The translations under genes were made by a program, and so were the position numbers. Below, in pieces: positions 19,101-24,650 of a stretch of 32,000 nt of DNA. The notes beneath the pieces were generated by a model. It saw nothing but the letters and a program-made list of their open reading frames with translations. It was not told the origin of the DNA and searched no databases. This DNA is from Candidatus Saccharimonadota bacterium (GTDB lineage Bacteria > Patescibacteriota > Gracilibacteria > UBA1369 > 2-02-FULL-48-14), in the NCBI GenBank assembly GCA_965230905.1, contig OZ246396.1:180001-212000 (forward strand), written 5' to 3'. The stretch's first letter is position 1; the number at the start of each line of letters is the position of its first letter.

Positions 19101-21607
19101 GAGAAATCACCGTGAGTGAAGCGGTGGTCTTCCAAACCATTGAGGACAGCGTGATTGAATTTGAAGCGGATGAGGGCGCCACGTCCATTGATGTGCCCGC
19201 GCACACCGTGGTTTCCTTTGCCCAGGGTACGGAAAAAAACATCCGCGTGGAAAACGGTTCGGTGTACTGGGTGGACATGGGTGAAACCGTGGAGGAACAA
19301 GATTTGGCGGAGGGCATGGAACTCTTTGCGGAGGAATTGGTGGCACTGGAAAGCAAGGGGGCCGATGCAGTGCTGGTCACCACCGAGGGCACGGAACTGC
19401 GACTCGATAAACAAGAAGCCTTTGTGATGGATAAACTCATCAGCCAAAGCAGTCCATCGGCCAATATTGAGTTAGAAAATGGGGCTTACTACACGGTGAG
19501 CCGCAGCGTGCAAGCCGACGGAAGTTTTGGAACCCTTTCCGACACCATTCTGCTCAATCCGCAGGTCTGTGCGGACGACAGCGAACCCTACACCCTGATT
19601 GATGATGGCGGCGCCGATACCGATGGCGACGGGGCCATTGAAGTGGCGATTTTCTCCACCAAAGAACTTTCTGCCGAAGGTTCCTTCGACAGCGATAGCG
19701 AGATTGTGGACGCGTACTGGGATCTCGACAGCGGCGTGGACAGCGACGGCGACGGCGTGAGCAACAACGATGAACAAGTGATTGGTCTCACCGCTGAAGT
19801 GGGCCCTTATGAAGATTTGAATACGCGCACCGTTACGCTCTACGTAACCGATGCCGCCGGCAATGTGGGTGAAACGGAAGTCGCGGTGGAAATTTATGTT
19901 CCCGACATTACTTTGGCGGACGCGAGCATCGATGCGGTGAGTGGATTCACCACGCCGAGCAGTCCCCTCTTCCCCTTCGATTTGGTGCGTGACCGCAGCG
20001 GCGCTATCAACGAAATCGGCACGGGTTACTCCACCGATGAAGCGGGAGATTTCAACGAAGACATGATTCCTTCAGACCTGCTCTCCGTTTACGACGGCGC
20101 GGGCGAAACCATTGCTCAGTTCAATCCCACTACTAAGCAAGTCGTGGTCTACGACCCGGCTTACGACGCCATGGTCCTTTCTTCCGATGCGGACTGGCCT
20201 TCCCGCTTGGCCGTGTACGAAAAGAGTCTGGGCATGGTGATGGGCAGCTTCCTATTTGTGGCAGACGGCGAACACCCCATTCAAAAGATGACCCAGCCCT
20301 TGGCTGACTTGGATCTTTCTATATACCAAGGGCTTACGGTGTATCCGGTGGCGGGTGAAGACGGTTACGAATTCACGGATAATTCCTTGGTGGCGCGCGA
20401 CGACTTGGGCTCGCTCGACTTCATTGTGAGCGAAACGGGAAACATCACTATTTTTGACGAGCGCTACACGCTGGTGAAACGGGAGGCCGCGTCTTTGGAT
20501 GAGTACTTGGTGATTGAAGTTTACGACAACGGCACCTTGGAATTGGAGATTTGGCCTGGCACGCCTAAAGCAAGGTATTTGGTCAGCGCCGTGGATTTGG
20601 ATCTGCCTCCGTCCACTTTGATTGGAGCGGGCGATTCCCTGAGCGCGGACTACCGCCTCAACTTTGAGGACATTGAAAACGATGACGAGCTCTACCAAGA
20701 CATTGCCGAGCTCGTGGAACGCGACGTGCTGGAGGGCTACACCATTGAAGGCCAAGCGTACTTCAAGCCCGATCAGTCCATCACTCGTGCTGAATTCACC
20801 AAGATTATTTTGGGCATACTCTGTATCACGCCAAGCGACGAAGCGTACCTGCTTCCCTCTGTGTTCAACGACATTTTGGACAGTGGCGCGTGGTACTATT
20901 CCTTCACCAAAGAATCCTTCCTCCGCGACCTGATTACGGGTTATTTGGGCGAAGTGAATTCCAGTGGTGTGGCTCCGTTCAAACCCAATGCCACCATCAC
21001 CCGTGCCGAGGCCACTAAGATTGTACTCGAGGCCCTGAACCAGGAAGGCATCATTGAATTGCCTGCCGATTTAACCGGCGAGCCTTGGTATGAACCGTAC
21101 ATGGAAATCGCGCAAGATCTAACGCCTTACCTCACCGGTGACGCCACCGCGGGTGAAAGCAATTTCATTGTGACGGAAGCAGAAGCCGCCGATCCTTCTC
21201 ACAAAATGACGCGTTACGAATTTGTAGAAATGTCCGTGCGGGTGCTCAAGGCTTACAATTGTTTCGACCTCGATAGCGACGGCGACGGACTAATCAACTA
21301 CGACGAAGAAAGCAAATACGGCACCGATCCCTACAACCCCGATACCGACAGCGGAGGCGTGGACGACGGCAGTGAAGTGGGCCGCAGCAGCGATCCTTTG
21401 GACGAAAGCGATGACTTTGGAGACGGTTCGCTCGAAGGAGTGGAACCCGGAATTTATGCGGTGCGTGAAGCCTGTATGGCTTGCCCCTGCAATTCCACCA
21501 TCGATTACGACGCTGACCTTAGACCGGGTGATGAAGTCTTTGCTATAATCCGCAATGACGCCGGCGAAATCTTTGGAGTGAGCAACACCTTAACCATTCA
21601 AGAATAG
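7160..21607 (+). CDS. Giant secreted, SLH-anchored mosaic surface protein (4,815 aa), putative adhesin/fibre
   Basis: Uninterrupted 14,448-nt ORF with a signal-peptide-like N-terminus (MRPHHSTHRIKRLVIKGFLLTFLSSLLPMGQVASA). Many extracellular modules can be recognised by eye and are listed as separate 'other' features below. The reading frame is consistent and rich in GAC/GGC/GTG codons throughout. Confidence 0.9.
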   Translation: MRPHHSTHRIKRLVIKGFLLTFLSSLLPMGQVASALSIIDQARPSVIQPGGSLPEIRSVGSVETRYGLVAILVDDELLGSSTSGGGFFSFLGTAGLKEKIQTYAQDVQATLPWTKTVIVEVADTDTPVEIQRMLERFYFEGNPEDSDPTKLSGVVIVGDVPLPVVNKLGNRFISLLPYTDFEEPAYLLDSETQDFLPNAAAQNLQNEIWHGVIVPPLDGQEGIDLLATYFDKNHAFHTGDEDATSFNQKVFIGDLITEASALNPTAFASYERFTNLWEEIAYYRYTNDLVEDLYTQMQTSVEEGDFLDNDSDGFYDEEASNGIDDDNDGLVDEDLGDGFFGIDNDGDGVVDEDSFEDNNNDEGWIYSGYEGSEAESIFSDHMLDEDPPGDTTGGEDQDGDGYLDGDGCPGLCGQDDNGDGVDSDLDGYPTGIEVLYHWDWADERIPWGNVKDWTNAEFAQSFSSDEAATAYLSEMFVDQFFGDAYKSPTCYFDGVYHPEYDDDEDGFCDEDGKEEMQIWANENGTRASGTCAYNDGDCDGVIDEDPIGLKSEGMFDNLPDIQAKRVVESLTSRYASMFDEPQGVWNRIVGQTGRYETRSSDGETVSNDYDSTVSLIAKKDELVLQYLTELNASMEAKVDAIVEDHLAQDIPLIAGVQITGKITTENEDGDEEGTDEICDDEGEVDLGSDKCLQFVNQSGFDPLAFGILDEESSFLDIFKLGAEHFYIAGEHLWDVTSPAQCTTFAGTDEVGGQLAQFNSLYSREFSVAHNNMSIEELQDYRNCVPEFASYLKDIPQVCNVATTVKSVRTLDGAKAPDEDTDTSKWDVGAEACFEFRELETFNDYTQSQAEFNNWLSLRIRVFRESGATDTGETYQEFLGLVEEQMDTYTPRPDEATLRKQFRELDLLRADDERSYTMIDLLEELGYKNVSDDDVDTFIAMLDDESDFVTVDLDVDDLRDLVDELDEIVQLQDNDRLIINHPKQGSGMDDVQSLELIFNRLYLIGGDVVGEAGVYGLSDTRLAMNTITSVHKHVEPTSETLNAQVTNAGSPNMPIDATRRISFIDNGDDARELVYVNVFEAETVEDVQDQITALADEMAIVAGGGSFVNDVKNFYDNKKDGINEYQLKDALAWRYMSIDEKHRYVLSHYLGEQEAIVSKARKGYEMVSIIADGSATEISYSMNGGKPGTEEDPEYNYRDDAGIAAALAASQDTAEELEPISPVSNTTPVLLSEWIEAMDDWMAEVEDSLSSGGTANYCGEDYIYPSDINTDSDASGIPDGADATTSLLLSSDDINVLLAEGEGNDSYVVSVGAKQADGTINTLDNYTQVKLQILSGDTVVEVQGTDTLTLTGGVAVFELKGELPGSFALRAEAANRDDVSSSNSLNGTVVSKYVNIMTLIKEMTGTDGESTVVQGNRIEVTDAEGEVRAVLDPETGGIELRGAEAELREAESSAPTRIAILGEDGTVYGSFFLIPSTERVAIGNGPSGVFVQVVGGAASAAMDENGVALEVTLEDTAVQMGLVTGLGQIAVADGYSLEFDNPSEINLYDPVHVLSGDGETLFTVTINHSFTEGNIEEAIVEGVPEDFSSLGSFDHEPGVYAASKTAAYERIAVSSGDSVASTNIFTNDIPADGKSEIYVRAEIRDQADKVYGDDNTSVIEFVLSTEDHGEIETKRVQVSGGVAEAKFVTTKVAGDVTVEGRITDGSLPSLDAQIHVYPGEPVRLELQGESRVLPAGAEAATDMTVYLYDQFGNLASNGFYPVTFTTEGGVTLLDLNDEDSTADGVQVTTADGSIAFRVLASPEVESASVQVSLPQIPDGGDSFNIEHKESLALKVSTTKPYLFAGGSNGQTLTVSVVDELGIPVSGFNGDVLMSVSDPGYGSFESDTLTLDNGKASTTLLPGTLAGSGSIIAESAGIQGGSSTVVLKPADIYELRIRKEDGTFNMAAGEKEKFYIEGFDVYGNLVDTDSSTSGTLRLTDATAEYGTLSSETFALNQGVATVRVTTGEVSGKISLVASATGLLAGVWGGDVSYRISGEEFADMDLQMLYGSVLGAPFGDVTQENYVAGWMTFNGKTQAVTSLISEPIPKKRIASVDANGAVSLPEDGMVSQVVNGAGSELPTHIQWRSFPDDILIGELFYVLSEDMEISAELITSKDTFTLEASDGTWVLREDNAAVVKVRTDGQVVLVDPTYSLVVNGAAQGLGFGVLKNTEQIMSIDFSGEFGTDVSAVDTNFDLEDWASQTAGVYLKPTGASVNRIVRIPTGNSSQNPMGLAIIDPETDLAKEMQPSLGYQSLEAAEDNGNIGWEDENKHLLLFAAGNTVGQSNLYYPSEVGVVLGDPTIKLPTLGELGTLGYTSDVGTLVSTSNEEVLTLMDLDYNGDDLPDVLTAYKDGRIEVLQNAKAATRLHNRGELLYIENGISSIDKGDFNNDGLEDLLIVTEEACYEGEMCLYLYENIGGGFVAKNLALTGISGTPTQVEVGDLNDDDYDDLVIVDENMVMYTVWNSEGVLETVDEVKDFGLNADPEEELGADVAVRTDDLAKGSVSLGILTDDFSEENGAEDFLAALGVDDDYTAASTEGLQRKENQAFEYADSRAMEDLVAVSKTVADPSSGSVEVGDVLTYTVTVENISGAAYSALYLSDSVGNYFQFDEDSFACSDCSPANTGVTIQEGDNNRPFIYGPLSLSNGESLTFTYDVSVESLPKLSVMLSQDLYTDYKDDNYMDIGVSPEGNTSGELIVFYSDGYVTHVLEEGFLGLGGNSFKQVNYQEKAYSPATYAEEDNTIPNPFGDEDGDGVPDFLAKMDQEKGIPVAKNGDFDAVGEVLGAVDEDEDGYYSTDEMFDNTEDADGDGINDIIDIWVSGNDLLLDPTLNLEAADDDVELSDEELEIDLEADIALLDKEVEGLTDKIEEIVSMFTCNGGCIAFPGSVAFLAPGNYHEPLTGTTLFLDPGTPIFGIINVLPVACTAQMCYAPGALRLYLAPTTTLGLGLGICLGPYPVGQCFAFSIPLLQLLSLCDVINGYISDGLSSASAFVTGEADTAYNVVENLSSDNGSTGLESTVFASYEPPVSANLNVQVPGFPSIFTEWWKAQKEEFFKVLDLPDITFIYPDPKSLTTEFTGISERIDKSREEDAVDADGTRKIDELTSGILGLEKWLNTAHALPLIDIEPEPVTIRYPMLTPEEIEIFKRDMQAWVDDAKLELEALREQIEIMEDLTEIQKAAIEELETTVTEAITAIETNLAILESYTEIPEKILLIRDIEAYYAKTIICYVDAILSNTAGYLTENVERIEAWGQWVVALQEIVDGWQVLIDLSADLMDSCDKCTNQRYSGLQLLFSLFVFIPDFPVVELPKLPDIVIDVSNIQAGMDIVWPDIKFVPERINIPELPRLVIPDLDIKLDADFDLELEIPLLPTFDFNFEPPALPPLTLPNLPSLPPPPALPELDPSLQAALNIASNILKIVCIIRQGFIPTPELTLKSKIEEITERPGGIVLPSDLSQTVEWPEFNFDYWKEIRVNTTLNLNLDFSALYNEISDLGEKSNAEITKFVQEAINDNLNDLQDEIKSIFDLIGDQELEVGVDVDIEGSADFSGDDAGLDGDADAEGEAEGDFNTELESYEEAMNTALSYSDNPLVLQNLGALKQVMGGLQTKVDAWSAELPDEVLLKGEEEMLALDDPRLHRYNEIVQNPSFDKDFLASIEGTPLASLVTLRDSMIAYTEELDQGTIALRGMDGESFQRYLASENMSSPFMLASEEGGFMDAAANWNPEKWATPAEDDEAVELASESTDGLELGTQARTYDEGLFLYNAELGVNERLSDYTQEAKEASSILMIDLDGDGDEDVVYSMGGDIYLKENHTEAPTLSYVSSDPEESTVPDMDPGYGSVQNLKRGKNDYEEASFSFSPSDSIGYDVRFYDSLDAQESEPDENIKRLLLLVDSENESSTFADSTGKSAGQLRSSRLWADNVSGSVTVKNGYKRTIINANGEITVSEAVVFQTIEDSVIEFEADEGATSIDVPAHTVVSFAQGTEKNIRVENGSVYWVDMGETVEEQDLAEGMELFAEELVALESKGADAVLVTTEGTELRLDKQEAFVMDKLISQSSPSANIELENGAYYTVSRSVQADGSFGTLSDTILLNPQVCADDSEPYTLIDDGGADTDGDGAIEVAIFSTKELSAEGSFDSDSEIVDAYWDLDSGVDSDGDGVSNNDEQVIGLTAEVGPYEDLNTRTVTLYVTDAAGNVGETEVAVEIYVPDITLADASIDAVSGFTTPSSPLFPFDLVRDRSGAINEIGTGYSTDEAGDFNEDMIPSDLLSVYDGAGETIAQFNPTTKQVVVYDPAYDAMVLSSDADWPSRLAVYEKSLGMVMGSFLFVADGEHPIQKMTQPLADLDLSIYQGLTVYPVAGEDGYEFTDNSLVARDDLGSLDFIVSETGNITIFDERYTLVKREAASLDEYLVIEVYDNGTLELEIWPGTPKARYLVSAVDLDLPPSTLIGAGDSLSADYRLNFEDIENDDELYQDIAELVERDVLEGYTIEGQAYFKPDQSITRAEFTKIILGILCITPSDEAYLLPSVFNDILDSGAWYYSFTKESFLRDLITGYLGEVNSSGVAPFKPNATITRAEATKIVLEALNQEGIIELPADLTGEPWYEPYMEIAQDLTPYLTGDATAGESNFIVTEAEAADPSHKMTRYEFVEMSVRVLKAYNCFDLDSDGDGLINYDEESKYGTDPYNPDTDSGGVDDGSEVGRSSDPLDESDDFGDGSLEGVEPGIYAVREACMACPCNSTIDYDADLRPGDEVFAIIRNDAGEIFGVSNTLTIQE
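8081..8803 (+). other. Acidic DxDxDG-type calcium-binding loop cluster (domain of giant protein)
   Basis: Examples: DNDSDGFYDEE, IDDDNDGLVDED, IDNDGDGVVDED, EDQDGDGYLDGDG, DDNGDGVDSDLDG, DDDEDGFCDED, NDGDCDGVIDED. Further copies lie at 15512-15733, about 19600-19775 and 21266-21420. Confidence 0.7.
11009..11340 (+). other. Ig-like beta-sandwich domain (Big-type) of giant protein
   Basis: About 110 aa: LLLSSDDINVLLAEGEGNDSYVVSVGAKQADGT...TLTLTGGVAVFELKGELPGSFALRAEA. The pattern of alternating beta-strands is typical of bacterial Ig-like domains. Confidence 0.5.
12029..13228 (+). other. Four tandem Ig-like (invasin/Big_1-style) repeats of giant protein
   Basis: Four units of about 100 aa. Each contains 'ADG/AGxxxxxx(V/L)xVxxxDxxGNxV' and a later 'G(V/K)Axxx(F/L/V)xxxxxxG' motif. 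Examples: IPADGKSEIYVRAEIRDQADKVY...GGVAEAKFVTTKVAGDVTV; TDMTVYLYDQFGNLAS; QTLTVSVVDELGIPVS...NGKASTTLLPGTLAGSGSI; EKFYIEGFDVYGNLVD...QGVATVRVTTGEVSGKISL. Confidence 0.6.
14278..14680 (+). other. FG-GAP/VCBS-type repeats (integrin-alpha-like) of giant protein
   Basis: DLDYNGDDLPDVLTAYKDGRIEVL, GDFNNDGLEDLLIVTEE and GDLNDDDYDDLVIVDENMVMYTVW. One more copy, DLDGDGDEDVVYSMGGDIYL, lies at 18647-18715. Confidence 0.65.
14963..15257 (+). other. DUF11-style conserved repeat domain of giant protein
   Basis: VSKTVADPSSGSVEVGDVLTYTVTVENISGAAYSALYLSDSV...GESLTFTYDVSVES matches the usual pattern (K.v......v..Gd.ltYtitv.N.G...a..v.l.D.lp...g.s.t.ty.v.v). Confidence 0.5.
15908..16230 (+). other. Hydrophobic Cys/Pro/Gly-rich core segment of giant protein
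   Basis: CNGGCIAFPGSVAFLAPGNYHEPLTGTTLFLDPGTPIFGIINVLPVACTAQMCYAPGALRLYLAPTTTLGLGLGICLGPYPVGQCFAFSIPLLQLLSLCDVINGY. It has seven Cys and is almost free of charged residues, in contrast to the highly acidic flanks. I recognise no family. Confidence 0.6.
19634..19905 (+). other. PKD-like domain of giant protein
   Basis: AIEVAIFSTKELSAEGSFDSDSEIVDAYWDLDSGVD...RTVTLYVTDAAGNVGETEVAVEIYV follows the PKD pattern (FDaSgS.D.dG.I..Y.WDfGDG...h.Y...G.Y.VtLtVtD..G......v.i.V). Confidence 0.55.
20663..21255 (+). other. Three S-layer homology (SLH) motifs of giant protein
   Basis: FEDIENDDELYQDIAELVERDVLEGYTIEGQAYFKPDQSITRAEFTKIILGIL; FNDILDSGAWYYSFTKESFLRDLITGYLGEVNSSGVAPFKPNATITRAEATKIVLEAL; EPWYEPYMEIAQDLTPYLTG...PSHKMTRYEFVEMSVRVL. 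The F.P...iTRAE signature is present in the first two copies and degenerate in the third. Confidence 0.75.
21266..21420 (+). other. Thrombospondin type 3-like repeat of giant protein
   Basis: DLDSDGDGLINYDEESKYGTDPYNPDTDSGGVDDGSEV matches the bacterial TSP3 motif DxDxDGxxDxxE..GTDPxxxDTDxxGxxDGxE. Confidence 0.7.
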
Positions 21608-21616
21608 TTCCACGCT

Positions 21617-22204
21617 ATGCTTAAAAAATTTGAAAATAAATTCTTTCTGGTTTGCGCCGCACTGGTGCTGGTCTTCAATGGCCTGCTCTATGCTTTTGCA
21701 GCAGAAACTGAGCTGGTGACGGATGTGCCCAAGCCGGTGGATGGAACGGATTTTCAATGTGGTTACGACGTGATGCAAGAAGCCCAAGTACTGGTGGATT
21801 CGTATCAAGTTTTTTTGGACGATTACTTTAAACAAGTCACGCCTTCGAGTGAACAAGTGGACGGCGCCATGAAGTACTACCGCCTGATGGAATTCTCCAT
21901 TCAAAAAATCTACCAAAGCAACTTAAGGCAAGACACCAACTTCAATTTAAACAGCAGCATTCAAGCCAACTCTTATTGTGCTTACGTGCGTGACCTTTAT
22001 TTGGACATCGCCAGCGCCATGCTGCAAAAACAAGTCATTGCTTCTTCCAGCAGCAAACGCACCTTCCTTATGGTGGACGGACTCAAAGCGACCAACGAGC
22101 ACATGGAAATTTTTGCAGATGAGTTCAGTGCCGTTTTCCCTGGCTTCTTTACTAAATTCAACAACGCTTTACCTTGTTACGCGCACCAATGTATAAACAA
22201 ATGA
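21617..22204 (+). CDS. Secreted hypothetical protein 1 of the post-giant cassette (195 aa)
   Basis: Starts 9 nt after the giant-gene stop. Signal peptide MLKKFENKFFLVCAALVLVFNGLLYAFA|AE. Four Cys in the mature part. Ends ...FPGFFTKFNNALPCYAHQCINK. Confidence 0.8.
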   Translation: MLKKFENKFFLVCAALVLVFNGLLYAFAAETELVTDVPKPVDGTDFQCGYDVMQEAQVLVDSYQVFLDDYFKQVTPSSEQVDGAMKYYRLMEFSIQKIYQSNLRQDTNFNLNSSIQANSYCAYVRDLYLDIASAMLQKQVIASSSSKRTFLMVDGLKATNEHMEIFADEFSAVFPGFFTKFNNALPCYAHQCINK

Positions 22205-22830
22205 CTTGGGTCAAATGGTTCGCGCTCGCCTTTGTGGCGGGATTCCTGCTCCCCCGCACGTACGGGCCGAGCCTAAGTGCGAGCCTACTCGGCCCCACTA
22301 GCAGCACCTTTGACGGCATGGACATGACCGATGCCATCACCGAATACCATTTGCGTGCCAACCAAACCGTGGATCAGTTCCTGGATGTTTTGCTGGACCC
22401 GGACCTTTCTGAGTTGGTGGTGAGCTACCCTCCCGACGACAGTGAGTGCACCGGGAATGTTTCCACGTATTGTTTGGCCGTTTCGCTCAACAACAACCTC
22501 GAAGACTTTGCAATTTACCTCCAAAAAAATCAAACGAGTTTTAGCGACAGTCTTTTTGAAGACGATGCAGCGCTGAGTCTGCAGGACGCTCTGGACACGG
22601 CGGCACATCAACGCAGCACCGTGGACGAACAAGTGGCCTTGGCTGAAGACAGCATCGATCTGACCCTGGCCGTGTACAACCAAGTGCAATTGGTTTACCC
22701 CGTGCACAAAGAGATGCTCGCTTTGATCCAAAACCTGGACGATTACCGGGGCAATCTTTCAAAAATTCGCGACGTACTTGAGGAATATCCTTCTAAATTC
22801 AACGGCGCCAGTACCGCCCAATGTAAATGA
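22201..22830 (+). CDS. Secreted/membrane-anchored hypothetical protein 2 of the cassette (209 aa from ATG 22201)
   Basis: The ORF track starts this gene at 22174, but the ATG at 22201 forms an ATGA overlap with the upstream stop and gives a clean hydrophobic N-terminus (MTWVKWFALAFVAGFLLP). Three Cys. Ends ...YPSKFNGASTAQCK. Confidence 0.75.
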   Translation: MTWVKWFALAFVAGFLLPRTYGPSLSASLLGPTSSTFDGMDMTDAITEYHLRANQTVDQFLDVLLDPDLSELVVSYPPDDSECTGNVSTYCLAVSLNNNLEDFAIYLQKNQTSFSDSLFEDDAALSLQDALDTAAHQRSTVDEQVALAEDSIDLTLAVYNQVQLVYPVHKEMLALIQNLDDYRGNLSKIRDVLEEYPSKFNGASTAQCK

Positions 22831-24650
22831 AAAAATTCCTTCTTTTCAGCATCGGGATGGTCCTGAGTCTTACCGCCGGTATGACGGTGAGCCAAGCGCT
22901 CATGAGCGACGACGATTTGCTCGCTCATATTTTTGAAGAAGCCGGGGTGGACATGAGCGACAGTCACGACGCCAAGGAACTATCCAATTTAGCGTCGGGC
23001 GAAGTTCCCTTTGAAGGGCTTTATTTATTCATGCTTCAAAACATTAAGAACGGCCCTCAAGATGCCGCGATTGAAGAAATCGCCAAACGCTACCAATACA
23101 CCGAGGAAGAAATTGAAGCCATTGTGCTCACCGGAGACAGCCAAGGAATCATCAATAAAAAACAGGAAGAAGTCTTGGCGGCACAAGCGGCGGGCGCCGC
23201 CGAACAGATGGAAGCTGCCCAAGCCCAGGCAGACGCCGACCTCGAAACGTTTATTGCCGACAACAGCTTTGGAGCAAACACCGAAACCTTCGTCCGCGAG
23301 TACTACGCTACGTATGAGCGACCTCCCCTGGCCACGGATTTGGATGATCCGTTGACCTCGGATTTCCTTTTGGACCGCATGGCGGAAATTGGCGGTGCCT
23401 ACGACAAGGAACTCGAATTCCAACAATCCAACCGCCGCTTGGCCTACGAGGCTTTGGCGAGTGAAATGTTCATGAACAATAAGCTCGGGGACTCCGCCAA
23501 CATCGACTTGCTCTACGACTTGGATTTGATTCATTATTTGCTGTTTGGCGAGCTGATCACCTACCCGGACCGCAGCGACGAGGATGTGAATTTGGCGTCG
23601 GAAGTGCTGGAGGAAGAAGCGCCCATTGTCATGTTTAAGCAGCCGGAACCCCGTGAAGAAGTTATTTTGGCCGAAGAAGAAATCGATCCTTATGTTTGTT
23701 ACGGTGATGAAGCTTTGGCCGGAGCTCTGAGTAGCTATGAAAGCAATCCGCCCGACACCGGCGACGCCTTACCGGAAAGCGTGAGTCGCATCGATTACAG
23801 CCTGGGAAGCTCGGGTGGTTCAGGCGAGTCTGGTGGTTCAGGTGGGTCCGCTGAAGAAGATAATCCTTTCCTCACCGATATTGGTGCGGCTTTCCAAGCC
23901 TTGGACGATGTACTGAGTAACTTGGAAGCGCCCAAAGGAAACTGGAATCGCAACTACACTTGTAACCAAACTTTCTGTGTTGAAGTCTTGGTGATTGCGG
24001 AAAATGAGGATGCCGAAGTGGAACACGAAAGCATGGAAGCAGCTGACTTTGAAGAGAATGAAAACTGCATCGCCTGCCACACGGCCTTCATTGAAAAACG
24101 GCTCGAAGAAACCATGAGCAAAAGTTTGGTGCCCAGTAAAATCACCATGAATTGGTTTGAAGATGCCACGTGTAAAGAAGCGGGTAGCTTTGTGAATTTG
24201 GATCTGAATGTCTACGCCATCAAGCGTCCCATCGATCTGGACCCTGGGGATGATTTGGATGAGAAAGCCAATGAAGACATTGAAGTTTTCAAAACCACGC
24301 TCGGTCCTTTGATTGGCATCAACGATAATTTTGGAAAGACCAAGAGCGAGGCTGAATGCGAAAGCATCCTCAACCTTGGAAAAGCCGCCGACGCCGAACG
24401 CGGCATCGATAAATTATTGGAACAATGCCAAGACGCAGCGACTGAAAACGTCGCTCAAATTCAAGAAGCCTTCGATGAATTCAACTTCAAGACCTACTCC
24501 CAAACAAGCAGTGATCTCTACGGTCAAGTTTCTACTGAACTCTACACCATGCTGCTCTACTTCCGAACTTTCCAGGAAGGCGTTAAAGACACCTATGTAA
24601 ACGGCCAAGCTCCTCTGGCTTCCCTACTCACTAAAGGTTATTGCAAATGA
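22827..24650 (+). CDS. Secreted hypothetical protein 3 of the cassette (607 aa)
   Basis: ATGA overlap at 22827-22830. Signal peptide MKKFLLFSIGMVLSLTAGMTVSQA|LM. A central Gly/Ser linker (GSSGGSGESGGSGGS) sits near 23805-23860. All nine Cys lie in the C-terminal half. Ends ...LLTKGYCK. Confidence 0.8.
   Translation: MKKFLLFSIGMVLSLTAGMTVSQALMSDDDLLAHIFEEAGVDMSDSHDAKELSNLASGEVPFEGLYLFMLQNIKNGPQDAAIEEIAKRYQYTEEEIEAIVLTGDSQGIINKKQEEVLAAQAAGAAEQMEAAQAQADADLETFIADNSFGANTETFVREYYATYERPPLATDLDDPLTSDFLLDRMAEIGGAYDKELEFQQSNRRLAYEALASEMFMNNKLGDSANIDLLYDLDLIHYLLFGELITYPDRSDEDVNLASEVLEEEAPIVMFKQPEPREEVILAEEEIDPYVCYGDEALAGALSSYESNPPDTGDALPESVSRIDYSLGSSGGSGESGGSGGSAEEDNPFLTDIGAAFQALDDVLSNLEAPKGNWNRNYTCNQTFCVEVLVIAENEDAEVEHESMEAADFEENENCIACHTAFIEKRLEETMSKSLVPSKITMNWFEDATCKEAGSFVNLDLNVYAIKRPIDLDPGDDLDEKANEDIEVFKTTLGPLIGINDNFGKTKSEAECESILNLGKAADAERGIDKLLEQCQDAATENVAQIQEAFDEFNFKTYSQTSSDLYGQVSTELYTMLLYFRTFQEGVKDTYVNGQAPLASLLTKGYCK

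Noticed and set aside
7265-20755. Many long ORFs on the minus strand or in other frames inside the giant gene (for example 8147-9130, 10901-11812, 13196-14380 and 17456-18613, up to 394 aa).
   Set aside because: They lie entirely within the 14.4-kb plus-strand ORF. Their translations are low-complexity and rich in His, Arg, Gly and Val. They are the expected shadow frames of a GAC/GGC/GTG-rich coding sequence, and I see no independent motif or start context.
7160-21607. The giant ORF as a polymorphic toxin (RHS/YD, CdiA-like), an NRPS/PKS megasynthase or an RTX protein.
   Set aside because: I saw no YD/RHS repeats, FHA/TPS domain or GGxGxD nonapeptide RTX repeats. There are no adenylation, ketosynthase or carrier motifs and no recognisable C-terminal toxin tip. 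The content is adhesion-type and anchor-type modules.
22174-22200. The upstream start given by the ORF track for cassette protein 2 (ATG 22174), and the TTG start at 24641 for protein 4.
   Set aside because: The downstream ATGs at 22201 and 24647 create the same ATGA stop-start overlap used elsewhere in the operon. They also give cleaner signal-peptide N-termini. The longer versions remain possible.
24066-24080. CXXCH (CIACH) motif in cassette protein 3, a possible c-type heme attachment site.
   Set aside because: A single five-residue motif in a 607-aa Cys-rich secreted protein is easily due to chance. No cytochrome c maturation genes or other redox context are visible in the window.
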